Source: an uncultured Gemmatimonadales bacterium
GTDB taxonomy: Bacteria; Gemmatimonadota; Gemmatimonadetes; Longimicrobiales; Gaopeijiaceae
Direction of reading: 5' to 3'
NCBI GenBank assembly: GCA_963823035.1
Contig: CAWGKG010000023.1
Location: 192,001-256,000, forward strand
DNA length: 64,000 nucleotides
Positions 43,722 to 54,070 of this stretch are shown here, one piece after another. How positions within the stretch are numbered: position 1 is the first letter of the stretch; each line of letters starts with the position of its first letter. Below the pieces are notes generated by a model, which was not told the origin of the DNA, did no database searches, and worked only from the letters and a program-made list of their open reading frames with translations. The translations under genes and the position numbers were made by a program.

Positions 43722-43849
43722 GGCCGCATCGTACGAGGAGGTGGTGCGGCTCTTTCAGCCGACACCGTTGCGCGCTCGGTGCGCGCGTCCCTACTTCGGA
43801 TTTCCGGCAGCCGCGCCCGACCCCTATCTCTCGGAACAGGGAGTGTGCC

Positions 43850-44922
43850 GTGGAGACCAGCGGCCATCCAGCTCGAGAAGGCCCCGCACCGGGCGGGCCC
43901 CCGGATGGTGCCGCCCCCCGGCCGTCGCTCCCCCTGGTGCTCCTCGTCCTGGCCGTGTGCGTGGTGGTGGCGATCACCACGAACGGGCTCCGGCTCGTCG
44001 GCCCGGCGGCCGACCCGAGCCCGACCTGGCTGTGGGCGATCCGTTTCGCTGGGGCCGCCGCGATCGGTGGCGGGCTCGCGGCGCTGCTCGGCCAGCGCCG
44101 AGCCCTCCGGGCCGAGGGTGGTCGCTCGGACCCCACCGTGGTGGCCGTGCGCACGGCCGCGGCGATCATGGGTGTGCTCACCGTCGTGGCGCTGCTGGTC
44201 CACCCGCGTGGGCGGCACGCGCGCCCGCGCGGGCGCCGGTCCCTCCACGTCGCTCGGCCGGTCGGCCCGGAGCGGGGACTCCGGCGAGGGCCGGCCGCGC
44301 GGCGTCGTCCGGCTCGATGGCGGGCAACGCGTCATGGGAGGGGGAGCCGGCGAAGGCGACGACGGCGGGGGCCGGGGCACCGATGGGCCCGCAGGGCGGC
44401 GGCTTCGATCGCACGCCTCTCCAGAGGATGGCGCGTAGCCTCCTGCCGGTCCTCCTCCTCCTCGTGGCGGCGATGGCCTTCCGGGCGCTGACGCGCGGAC
44501 CCCGCCCGGGGGAGCATGGAGCTGCGGCTGGACATGCCGCTCGACGCAGCCGACGCCGAGGCGGGCCTGGCGGCCTCCCTCCTCGAGATCGAGAGCGACA
44601 GCCCCGATCCGCGCAGGCAGATCACGGCCGCCTACCACAGGCTCCTCGCGGCGCTGGCGGCGGCCGGCGCACCTCGCCGACCGCAGGAAGCCCCCCACGA
44701 GCACCTCCACGGGCGCTCGGTCCGCTGGGGGTTCGTCCCGGGCCGCTGCACCGGCTCACGGAGCTGTACGTCCTGGCGCAGTTCAGCGAGCGCCCCATCA
44801 CCGAGCGGCACCGGGCCGCCGCGGCCGAGGCGCTCGACGCGAGCCTCGCGGGGCTGCGTGCGACGCAGGGCTCGCTGCGGGCCGTGGAAGCGCGGCCGGC
44901 CCACGCGGAGGCCGGAGCGTGA
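43850..44922 (+). CDS. DUF4129-like membrane protein (frameshifted)
   Basis: TMs; DPRRQITAAY...EAPHE...LTELYVLAQFS. Confidence 0.7.
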
Positions 44923-45519
44923 GCGAGCGCAACCTGCGACCCGCCAACGTGGCCGCGGCGGCGCTCGTGATCGGGGGCGTGCTCCTGGTCGCGCTCCCCC
45001 GGCACGCCCTCAGCATCGTCCAACTGGTGGTGTTGACCGCCGCGGCGGCCACGGCGCTGTACGCGCTGGCGGTGAACGTCCCGCCCACCGGGTGGATGTC
45101 GCCCTTCAAGTGGATGTCCCCCTTCGGGGGACGTCGCGCCCGGCGCGGGACGAGCTCTCGTCGCACGAGACCGACGCGATCCGCTCGAAGCTGGCCGGCC
45201 GCCGGATCCCCGTCGCGGGCGCCCCGCCGATGCCCCCCGAGACGCTCCGCGTGCTGAAGCCGCTGATCCGCTCCGCGCTCGACCTGGGCCCCGACGACCC
45301 GGTGCGGACCGCGGCCCGGAACGCGCGGCTGTCGCCGCTGACGTGGTCGATCCTGCGCAGCGAGATCGACACGACGCTCGGCTGGCTCGGCACGGTGCGC
45401 CCGAACGAGCGGGCGGTCGCCGACGTCGTCCACGAGGTGCTCGACGAGCTCGAGCGCCTCGATGCCGGCGGCCGGACCCGCGCGCCACCCTCGCTTCCCA
45501 CCACCCGCACGCGCCATGA
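44919..45519 (+). CDS. Hypothetical membrane protein of MoxR operon (frameshifted)
   Basis: Two N-terminal TMs; GTGA overlap with previous gene. Confidence 0.55.
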
Positions 45520-46556
45520 CGATCTCGCGGACACCCTCCGACTCTCCGACCGGCGGCTCCCTCGCCCGCACCGGGCTCGCGTCCGATGCCGACGGCCTTC
45601 CCGCGCTCTCCTTCGAGGAGTCCGCCCGCGTGGTGGAGGGAATCCTCGACGAGGTGTCCCGCGCCGTGGTCGGGAAGCGCGACGTGGTCCGGCTGATCGT
45701 CGCCGGCCTCCTCGCGGACGGCCACATCCTCCTCGACGACGTTCCCGGCGTAGCCAAGACGCTGACCGCTCGCTCGATCGCGGCGGCGGCAGGGCTCGCG
45801 TTCTCCCGGGTGCAGTTCACGCCGGACGTCCTCCCCGCGGACATCACCGGCTCGCTGGTGCTCGACCTGAGCACCCATCTGCCCGAGTTCCGGCCCGGGC
45901 CGGTGTTCACGAACCTCCTCCTGGCCGACGAGGTGAACCGCGCGCCGGCCAAGACGCAGGCGGCGCTCCTCGAGGCCATGCAGGAACATCAGGTGACGGC
46001 GGACGGGGTGACGCATCGCCTGCCCCGCCCCTTCCTGGTCATCGCGACGCAGAACCCCATCGAGTCGGAGGGCACCTACCCGCTCCCCGAGGCGCAGCTC
46101 GATCGCTTCCTCCTGCGCACGACGATGGGCTATCCGGGCGAGGACGACGAGGTGACCCTCCTGGCCGACCGGCTCGAGCGCCGCACGGACGAGGTCGAGC
46201 TGCACCCGACCTGCGACGCGGAGACCTTCGCGTCGGTCCAGCGCTCGCTCGAGCACATCCACGTCGATCGACGCCTCCTCGAGTACTGCGTGGCGCTCGT
46301 GCGGGCCACCCGCTCCGAGGCCCAGCTCGCCGTCGGCTCGAGCCCACGCGGCACCCTCGCGCTGGTGAAGCTCACCCGCGCCGCGGCCCTCCTCGCGGGG
46401 CGCGAGTACGTGGGCCCGGACGACATCCGCGAGATGGCCGTGCCGGCGCTGGCGCACCGGGTGGTGCTGAGCGACGGCGCGTGGGCGCGGCGCGTGGACC
46501 CCGAAGAGGTGGTGCGGCGCGCCGTCGACCGCGTGCCCGTGCCGCAGGGGACATGA
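45516..46556 (+). CDS. moxR: MoxR-family AAA+ ATPase
   Basis: DVPGVAKT, QFTPDVLPADITG, LADEVNRA, ATQNPIE, LPEAQLDRF. Confidence 0.95.
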   Translation: MTISRTPSDSPTGGSLARTGLASDADGLPALSFEESARVVEGILDEVSRAVVGKRDVVRLIVAGLLADGHILLDDVPGVAKTLTARSIAAAAGLAFSRVQFTPDVLPADITGSLVLDLSTHLPEFRPGPVFTNLLLADEVNRAPAKTQAALLEAMQEHQVTADGVTHRLPRPFLVIATQNPIESEGTYPLPEAQLDRFLLRTTMGYPGEDDEVTLLADRLERRTDEVELHPTCDAETFASVQRSLEHIHVDRRLLEYCVALVRATRSEAQLAVGSSPRGTLALVKLTRAAALLAGREYVGPDDIREMAVPALAHRVVLSDGAWARRVDPEEVVRRAVDRVPVPQGT

Positions 46557-47908
46557 GCGCCACCGCCACGGAGTCGTCGGCCCCGACGCGCCCCACGGAG
46601 GTCGGCGCCGAGGCCGGCCGCCGCAGGGCCGACCCTCGCCTCCCGGCCTATCTGGTGGCCGGGCTCGGCGCGCTGATCGCGGCCGTCGCCACCGGGCAGA
46701 GTGGGCTCGCCGCCCTCGGCGCGCCCTTCATCGCGCTCGTCGCGGCGGGTCTGCGCCCGCGCGACCGCACGAGCCTGCGCGGGAGGGTGACGCTGCACGC
46801 CGAACGCGCCATCGAGGGCGACCTGGTCGAGGGCGAGGTGACGGTCGACTGGGAGGGCGAGGCCGAGGTGGACGTGATGCTCGCCGGATGGCGGGGGGTC
46901 GCAGCCGGTGGAGCCGGCCTCGGTGGTCGGCTGGTCGCTCCCGCTCGGGCGCGGCCCCGTGACGCTTCCCTTCACGCTGCGCGCGCGCTCCTGGGGCGCC
47001 CACGACCTCGGGTCGCTGTGGGTCCGCGCGCGGCGGCCCGGCAGCCTCGGGTCGACCGAGCGCATGGTGGCGCGCGCGCCCATGCTGCGCGTGCTGCCGA
47101 GCGCCCTGCGCCTGGACCGCCTCCTGAAGCCCGCCGAGCCGCGCGCGATCGCGGGGATGCACCTCTCCCGCTTCCGGGGCAACGGGATCGACTTCGCCGA
47201 GCTGCGCCCCTATCGACCCGGCGACCGGCTGCGCGACCTCTCGTGGGGCACCTCCGCGCGGCTCGGGGAGCCCTGGGTGACGGTGCGCCATCCGGAGCGG
47301 ACCGGCACCGTGCTCCTCTTCCTGGACGCCGTGTTCAGCGACGAGCCGGCGGGGATGGAGGCGCTGGCGCGGGCCGCGCGCGCGGCCTGGGCCGTGGCCT
47401 CCGTGCACCTGCGGGCACAGGACCGGGTCGGGCTGCTGGCGCAGGGCCGCACCACGGCGTGGCTTCCCCCGCGCGGCGGGCGGAGGGCCCGGTGGATGCT
47501 GCTGGACGAGCTGCTGAGCGTCGGGCGTGCGGCGGAGGACATGTCGCTGCGCCGCCGGCGGGGAAGCCGCCTGGTGGTGCCGAGCGACGCGCTCGTGGTC
47601 GGCGTGACGACGCTGCGCTCGCAGACGTTCGTGCCGGAGCTGATGCGCTACCGGCGGGCGGGCCACACGACCGTGGCGCTGGTGATCGACACCGAGGACC
47701 TGCTGCCGCCGGACCGACGGGCGGGTCGACGAGCCGGCGCATCGGCTTGGCTGGCGCAGAGCGACGCGGAGCGGCATGCGCTGCACCGGGGCGGCGTGCC
47801 GACCGCGCTGGTCACGCCGACCGAGGGGGTCGGCGCGGCCGTGCTGACGCTCCGCCGGCGATGGACGCGCTGCAGCAGCCCGCGCGCGCCCGGGTGGCGG
47901 CCCGATGA
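46553..47908 (+). CDS. DUF58 protein (frameshifted)
   Basis: GNGIDFAELRPYRPGDRLRDLSW, DRVGL. Confidence 0.85.
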   Translation: MSATATESSAPTRPTEVGAEAGRRRADPRLPAYLVAGLGALIAAVATGQSGLAALGAPFIALVAAGLRPRDRTSLRGRVTLHAERAIEGDLVEGEVTVDWEGEAEVDVMLAGWRGVAAGGAGLGGRLVAPARARPRDASLHAARALLGRPRPRVAVGPRAAARQPRVDRAHGGARAHAARAAERPAPGPPPEARRAARDRGDAPLPLPGQRDRLRRAAPLSTRRPAARPLVGHLRAARGALGDGAPSGADRHRAPLPGRRVQRRAGGDGGAGAGRARGLGRGLRAPAGTGPGRAAGAGPHHGVASPARRAEGPVDAAGRAAERRACGGGHVAAPPAGKPPGGAERRARGRRDDAALADVRAGADALPAGGPHDRGAGDRHRGPAAAGPTGGSTSRRIGLAGAERRGAACAAPGRRADRAGHADRGGRRGRADAPPAMDALQQPARARVAAR

Positions 47909-48425
47909 GCACGCCGACCGCCGCGGCGCCGACCCGACGACCTGGTGGCCGGCGCGCCGCCGATTCGCCCTCCTCGCGATGCTCATGGCGGCGTTGACGG
48001 CGGTCCTGGCCACTTCGGTGGGCGGCCCCGGCTGGCATCGGGACCTGGCCCTCCTCTACGTGGCGATCGTCGCGGCAGCCCTGGTCTCCCCGGCCGTGAT
48101 CACGATCCAGGTTCTCGCGGGACTGCTCGTGGTGGCGAGCCTGCTCCCGGGGCGAAGCGGGATCGAGGCGCTCCTGCTCGCGCCCGCGATCGTGGGCGTC
48201 GTCGCCACCGCGGAGCTGCTCGCGGTCGTGGCCCGACTGGACACGCCGATCGAGCGGCGCCCCGGCGGCGACCTCGGGAGCGCTTCGGTGGCGGCCGTCG
48301 TCGGGGGCGGCGTCTATGCCGTGGTCGTCCTGGTCGCGGCCCTTCCGGGTCCCGGCGGCCTGTTGGCGGTCTGCCTCGCGTCGACAGCCTTCGCGCTCCT
48401 CGCGATGCTGCTCAGCCGCGCGTGA
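47905..48425 (+). CDS. Hydrophobic membrane protein
   Basis: Multiple TMs; ATGA overlap at 47905. Confidence 0.55.
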
Positions 48426-48661
48426 TCCCCGGGCGCCACCGCCCGGCGAGGGTCGCGACGTCCTGAGGGCCCCCGTGGAAGACGATGATGCCCGGGAGCC
48501 ACGCCGCGACCGGGCGCACCTGGACACGCTCGACGGAGCTGTCGCGGCGCGGAACAAGGTGTGACGATCGCGCGACAACCGCGGAGGGCCGCGTCGTCGC
48601 GTGCGCGTCGAAAAGCCACGCCGGAAGGCGACGTAGGCGCGCCGCCCGGATCCGCTTCCGA

Positions 48662-48677
48662 AGGAACGGTTCTTGCA
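48662..48677 (+). promoter_or_regulatory. Sigma-54 (-24/-12) promoter
   Basis: AGGAACGGTTCTTGCA, GG-N10-GC, ~65 bp upstream of a PEP-CTERM gene. Confidence 0.6.
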
Positions 48678-48740
48678 CAGAAGGAGACATTCGGCCAACC
48701 GCATGGCCCGACCGGATCCCCCCACTCAGTCGAGGCGCCC

Positions 48741-49441
48741 ATGAGCTCATCGTCGAGGCACAGCACTTCCTTCACCCTCGCGACCGCCGTGGCGCTCGCC
48801 ATCGGAATCGCCGGCCCGGCCGCGGCCCAGACCACGATCGGCGCCGGCGGCGGCGGTTTCGTCCAGTCATGGGGGAAGGACAACACCCAGACGTACGGGC
48901 AGACCATCACGACGCCCACCGACAACATCCTGAACAGCTTCTCGTTCTGGCTGGGACGGACGTCGACGAATTACCCGGATCCATCGGAGCCGAGCCTCGA
49001 TTTCATGGCGTACGTGTACGCGTGGGATGGCACGGCGAGTCACGCGACGGGCCCGGCCCTCTACACGAGCGGCGTCTTCACGCACAACGCCACGCCGGCG
49101 ACGCCGTTCACGAAGTACACGTTCACCACGGGCGGCCTGTCCCTCACGACCGGCAGCGTCTACGCGCTCTTCCTGAGCACGTCGGGGCTCGCCGGTGATC
49201 GGCGCGGATCCAGTGGGAGGCGACCGGCGACGAGTACGCCGGCGGCAACTTCGTCTTCCTGAACAACGGGGAGAACACGTCGGCCTGGACGTCCGACGAA
49301 TGGGGCGAGTACTCCTCCGACCTGCACTTCGAGGCGAACTTCGCCGGCGTGAGCACGACCGTGCCCGAGCCCTCGACGTGGGTGATGCTCGTCACGGGTC
49401 TCCTGGCGCTCGGCGTGGCGGCGCATGCGTCGGCGGCGTGA
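48741..49441 (+). CDS. PEP-CTERM sorting domain protein (frameshifted)
   Basis: Signal peptide AAAQ; Thr/Gly-rich; VPEPSTWVMLVTGLLALG. Confidence 0.85.
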
Positions 49442-49512
49442 GGGAGGCGCACTCACGGAGGCGTAAGAACCAAGGGGCCCTTCGACAACTCCTGGTTCGC
49501 GTGACCCGAACG

Positions 49513-49544
49513 GACGGGGAGCCCGGCATGCCGGGCTCCCCGTC
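49513..49544. terminator. Perfect 32 bp palindrome between convergent genes
   Basis: GACGGGGAGCCCGGCATGCCGGGCTCCCCGTC. Confidence 0.6.
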
Positions 49545-49584
49545 ATCGTGTCGGCATCGCGTTAGCCGAGGTCCCGGAAGCACC

Positions 49585-50299
49585 TCAGGGAACGTCCATC
49601 CTCCGCAGCTGCCGCGTCGACAGCCAGACGAACAGCACACAGACGGCCACGGCCACGGCGCTCGCCGTGCCCAGCCCCACGTGGGGGTCCGCGACGAAGC
49701 GCCGCGGGTCCAGGCCGTGCATCAGCGCGATCGAGTAGTGCCGGATGCTCAGGAAGCGGATGCCGGACACGTAGCCGGAGAAGAAGCCCTCCCACAGCAC
49801 GATGTACAGAAGGCCGAAGCCGATGGCCTGCCGTGTGACCAGCCCGAGCCAGACGAAGGCCGCCGAGTACATGAGCAGGCCGGCGAGAGCCGACACGGTG
49901 GTGGCGAGCGTCGCGGTCACGTCGTGGTTGTAGGCGAGATAGCTGGTCAGGAACGCGCTCGCGAGGATGAACGGCCCGGCCACCGCGACCGCGGCGGCGA
50001 GCTTCGGGAGCACGATCTGCCAACGGGGGATCGGTGCGAGGGTGAGGTTCGCGAGCGTCTGGTCCTCGACCTCGTTGGCGAAGGCCGCGCTCGCGATCGC
50101 CACCACGATGAGCGGGCGCGATCGAGCCCGCCAGCATCGTACTCAGCACGATGAGCTCGAACTCGTCGATGAACGGCGTCGAGTCCGACCGCACCACCAG
50201 CGCGGTGAAGAGCACGGGCAGCGCCGCCAGCACGGTGAGGATGACCAGGCGCCACCGCCCCGACAGCTGTCGCACGGTCAGCGAGAACACGGACCCCAT
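49585..50299 (-). CDS. ABC transporter permease (frameshifted)
   Basis: EVEDQTLANL...PIPRWQIVLPK; TMs. Confidence 0.8.
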
Positions 50300-50301
50300 C
50301 G

Positions 50302-51232
50302 TCAGCCCTCCACCAGGTAGCCGAAGACGCTTTCGAGCGAGTCGTCCAGCGGCTCGACGCGGCGAAGGGTGATGCCGGCCTGCTTGGCGAGCCTGGGGAG
50401 CTCGACCTGCAGGTCGCGTACCTTGCTGCTCAGCACGATGATCGCTCCGTCGGGATCCACGTTCACGGCGTCGACCGAATCGAGCCGCACCACCGCGGCG
50501 GCCAGCTCGCGCGGCCGGTCCGCCACGACCCGGACGTGGTAGGGCCGCTTGTCCAGCGCCGCCCGGATCGCGCGGAAGCCGCCGGAGGCGGCGAGCTTGC
50601 CGTTGATGATGAGCAGCACGGTCTCGGCGAGCTGCTCGACCTCCTCGAGGATGTGCGACGACAGCACGATCGTGCGCCCCTCGGCCGCGAGCTCGCGCAG
50701 CAGGGCCTGGAAATGGACGCGCTGGCGCGGGTCGGCGCCGTTGAGCGGCTCGTCCAGGATGAGCACCTCGGGATCGTGGACGAGCGTCGCCGCGAGCCTC
50801 ATGCGCTGGCGCATCCCCCGCGAGTACGTGCCCATGGGGAGATGGGCGGCCGCGGCCAGGTCGACCAGCGCGATCGCGCGCTCCGTCGCGGCGCCGACGT
50901 CGGAGACGCCCCGCAGGCGGGCCATCATGCGGACGAACTCCTCGCCCCTTCATGAACGGATAGACCGTCTCGTGCTCGGACATGACCCCGATGCGGCCGT
51001 AGAGCGGCGCGTTGTCCCGCACCGGCTCGCCGAACATCGTGACCGCCCCGTCCGATACGGCGGCCAGCCCCGTCATCATGCGCAGCAGCGTGGTCTTGCC
51101 CGCCCCGTTCGGACCGAGCAGGCCGGTGATGCCGGGTCCGATGTCGAACGTCACGTCGCTGACGGCGACGACGCTGCCGAACCAGCGGGACACGTGGTCC
51201 ACGCGGATGACCGCCGTCCCGTTCGCGCTCAC
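50302..51232 (-). CDS. ABC transporter ATP-binding protein (frameshifted)
   Basis: GPNGAGKT, YSRGMRQ, ILDEP. Confidence 0.9.
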
Positions 51233-52165
51233 GGCGTCAGCCTCCGGTAGCGCGCCCACAGCACGCCTCCCGGCACCAGGACCCAGAGCCCGTACCAGCC
51301 GACGAGCAGCCAGGCCGGCAGCTCCCGTGCGGGCGCGCTCCGCGTCACCCCGCTCGGCTCGCCGAAGATGAGGTCGTTCACGTGCACCGGGATGTTGCTG
51401 AGGTTGAACATCGAGATCCACTGCCCGGCCGTCCCCCCGATCTCCGACGCGAGGCCGGTGGTGAACGGCGTGGTGATCACGAAGAGCCCGACCAGGAACA
51501 CCGACGCATACGCGCGCCGCGTCGTGAAGCCGGCCACGAGCATGGCGAGCGTCGTGGTGTAGGCGGCCAGCGCGGCGCCCGCGGCCAGGATCTTCGGAAC
51601 GTCCGTCCAGTGGGCGCGGATGTACACGGCGGGTTCCGGGTTGCCCATGATCATCCCGGCCATCAGCACGAACTGCGGCAGCCAGGCCGCCCCCAGCGAG
51701 ACGGCCAGGAAGGCGAGCCAGCGGGCGACGATGTAGTCCGACCCGGTCAGCGGCCGAACGAGATAGAGGTTGATCACCCCGTCGCGCCGATCGGGGCACA
51801 GCAGCTCGGGCGCGACCACCGCCGAGAAGACGAAGAAGAAGATCGAGGCGATGCCGTAGAAATCCGAGTGCGAGGGGAGCTGCTCGACGGCGTCCGGACC
51901 CCCGAGGCGGAGCGCCGCGCCCGCCACGAGCGCCATGATGAAGGCGATCGACACCAGCAGGAGGATGAAGGCCCAGGGCAGCACCTTGGCCTTCGCGCCG
52001 CGGCCGAGGCCGAGCGCCGTGCGCACACCGTCCTTGAACACGGCGAGCCGCACGCGACGCCGCCCCTCGCGCGGACCGTCGTAGCGCTGGTAGCCGATGT
52101 CGAAGACGGTGCCGGCGGCCCCACCCGTCGGCACGGCGACCCGCCTCGGGGGCCTGCGTGCTCAT
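51229..52165 (-). CDS. ABC transporter permease
   Basis: VFDIGYQRYDG, DRRDGVINLYLVRP; TMs. Confidence 0.8.
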
Positions 52166-53085
52166 CGGTCGCCTCCGGCCTCGTCGTCGCCGTCACGGGC
52201 GAACAGCTCGGCCAGAGCGCGGCGGCGCGGCGCCATGCGCCGCAACGGCGCCTGGGCCGCCACCAGAGCGTCGCGCACGAGGTCGTAGACCGACTCGTCC
52301 GCACCGTCGATGTGCAGCCCGCTGCCGTCCGGGCGGACCTCGACGCCGGCCGCCTCGAGTCGGGCCACCAGGCCGTCGCGGTTGGCGTCGACCTCGATGA
52401 ACACGCTCTCCGTCTCCTTGGTGAACGCGCTCACCTCACCCGATTGCACGAGGCGGCCGCCCTGGAGCACCAGGATCCGATCGCAGGTGCGCTCCACGTC
52501 CGCCATGAGGTGCGAGGACAGCAGGATGCTGATCCCGAACTCCCGGTGCGTCTTGCGCACGAGGTCGAGCATCTCCTCGCGGCCGGCCGGATCGAGGCCG
52601 GCGGTGGGCTCGTCCAGGAAGACCATGAGCGGGTCGTGGACGAGCGCCTGGGCGAGCTTGACCCGCTGCTTCATCCCCGTCGAGTAGCCGCCGATCGGGC
52701 GGTAGCGCTCCTCGAACAGGCCGGCGTGGCGCAGTGTATCGGCGGCGCGCGTACGCGCCCTGGACGGCGGCAGACCGCTCACCTCGGCCATGTGCGTGAG
52801 GAACTCCGCGGCGCTCACCGAGCTCGGGAGGCAGTCGTGCTCGGGCATGTAGCCGAGCCGGGCGCGCACCTCGACGCTCGTGGCCGCATCCTCACCCAGC
52901 ACGATCGCCGATCCGGACGTCGGCTTCAGAAGGCCGAGGAAGATCTTGATCGCGGTGCTCTTGCCGGCGCCGTTCTCACCGAGGATGCCCGTGATCCCGT
53001 CGTGGATCCCGAAGCTGACGCCGCCGAGCGCGACCACGTCGCCGTAGTGCTTGGTGAGCCTCTCGGCGGAGACGAGCGGTTCCAT
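52162..53085 (-). CDS. ABC transporter ATP-binding protein
   Basis: GENGAGKS, YSTGMKQ, FLDEP. Confidence 0.93.
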   Translation of the reverse strand: MEPLVSAERLTKHYGDVVALGGVSFGIHDGITGILGENGAGKSTAIKIFLGLLKPTSGSAIVLGEDAATSVEVRARLGYMPEHDCLPSSVSAAEFLTHMAEVSGLPPSRARTRAADTLRHAGLFEERYRPIGGYSTGMKQRVKLAQALVHDPLMVFLDEPTAGLDPAGREEMLDLVRKTHREFGISILLSSHLMADVERTCDRILVLQGGRLVQSGEVSAFTKETESVFIEVDANRDGLVARLEAAGVEVRPDGSGLHIDGADESVYDLVRDALVAAQAPLRRMAPRRRALAELFARDGDDEAGGDR

Positions 53086-53118
53086 CGCGTCCTGCTCCGG
53101 GTGGGGGGAGGGTCGGTC

Positions 53119-54066
53119 TCACGATCGCCTGCACGCTTCCTGGTATCCGAGCCGGCACGCACGCCGGAAGAGGCTGCCCGCACGGTAGACGTCCCGATCC
53201 ACGCCGTTGCCGTTGGCGTACATCTCGCCGAGCCGGAAGCAGCTCTCCGCCACCGGCGCGGAGCCCTCGCCGCGCGTCAGCGTGCCGTCGCAGGCCTTGT
53301 CGAAGAGCTCGACGGCGCGCGCGTCGTCCGCGGGCACGTCGCCGCCGCCCACGAGCAGCTCGGCGAGGTGGAAGCACCCGATCATCTCGGTCTCGCACGC
53401 TTGCTCGAAGAGCTCGCCGGCGCGGCCGCCGTCCACCTGCACGCCCATGCCGTCCACGTACGCTTCGCCCAGGCGCGAGCAGCCGAGCGCCGAGCCGCCG
53501 TCACACGCCTGCCGGTAGAGCGTCACGGCCCGGTCCGGATCCACCTCGACGCCGCGGCCGTCGCGGTACAGCACGCCGAGCCGCGCGCAGCCGTCCATGA
53601 CGCCGCCCTCGCAGGCCCTTCCGTACAGCGCGGCTGCCCGTCCGAAGTCCTGGAGGACCCCCTTCGCCTCGACGTCGGGCACCACGCTGTCGCGCTCCGC
53701 GTACATGTCGCCCAGCTCCGTGCAGCCGACGAGGGCCCCGCGCTCGCACCCCTGGTCGAGCAGGCGGGCCGCCAGGGCGGAGTCGAACGCGACGCCCCGA
53801 CGCTCGGCGGAGCCGTCGACGTGCAGACGCGCGAGACGCACGCACCCCTCCCCTTCGCCGCCGTCGCAAGCCGCCTGGAAGAGGTCGGATGCGCGCCGCC
53901 AGTCCCTCAGGACGTGATCGCCCTGCAAGTTCCGGTAGCCCAGGCTGTCACACGCCGCCGCGTCTCCGGCCGAGCATGACGCGTCCAGCGCGCGGGCCTC
54001 GCGCGCCTCGGGATTGCACGCGGACACGAGGGCCGCGGCGACGAGGATCGGAAGGCCGCGCCTCAC
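53119..54066 (-). CDS. Sel1-like repeat lipoprotein (Cys-rich)
   Basis: Lipobox LVSAC; repeated ACDGG...GCxxLG. Confidence 0.88.
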   Translation of the reverse strand: MRRGLPILVAAALVSACNPEAREARALDASCSAGDAAACDSLGYRNLQGDHVLRDWRRASDLFQAACDGGEGEGCVRLARLHVDGSAERRGVAFDSALAARLLDQGCERGALVGCTELGDMYAERDSVVPDVEAKGVLQDFGRAAALYGRACEGGVMDGCARLGVLYRDGRGVEVDPDRAVTLYRQACDGGSALGCSRLGEAYVDGMGVQVDGGRAGELFEQACETEMIGCFHLAELLVGGGDVPADDARAVELFDKACDGTLTRGEGSAPVAESCFRLGEMYANGNGVDRDVYRAGSLFRRACRLGYQEACRRS

Positions 54067-54070
54067 TTCG

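Noticed and set aside
44516..47908. 1130 aa ORF
   Set aside because: Patchwork of frames across the MoxR operon, not one protein.
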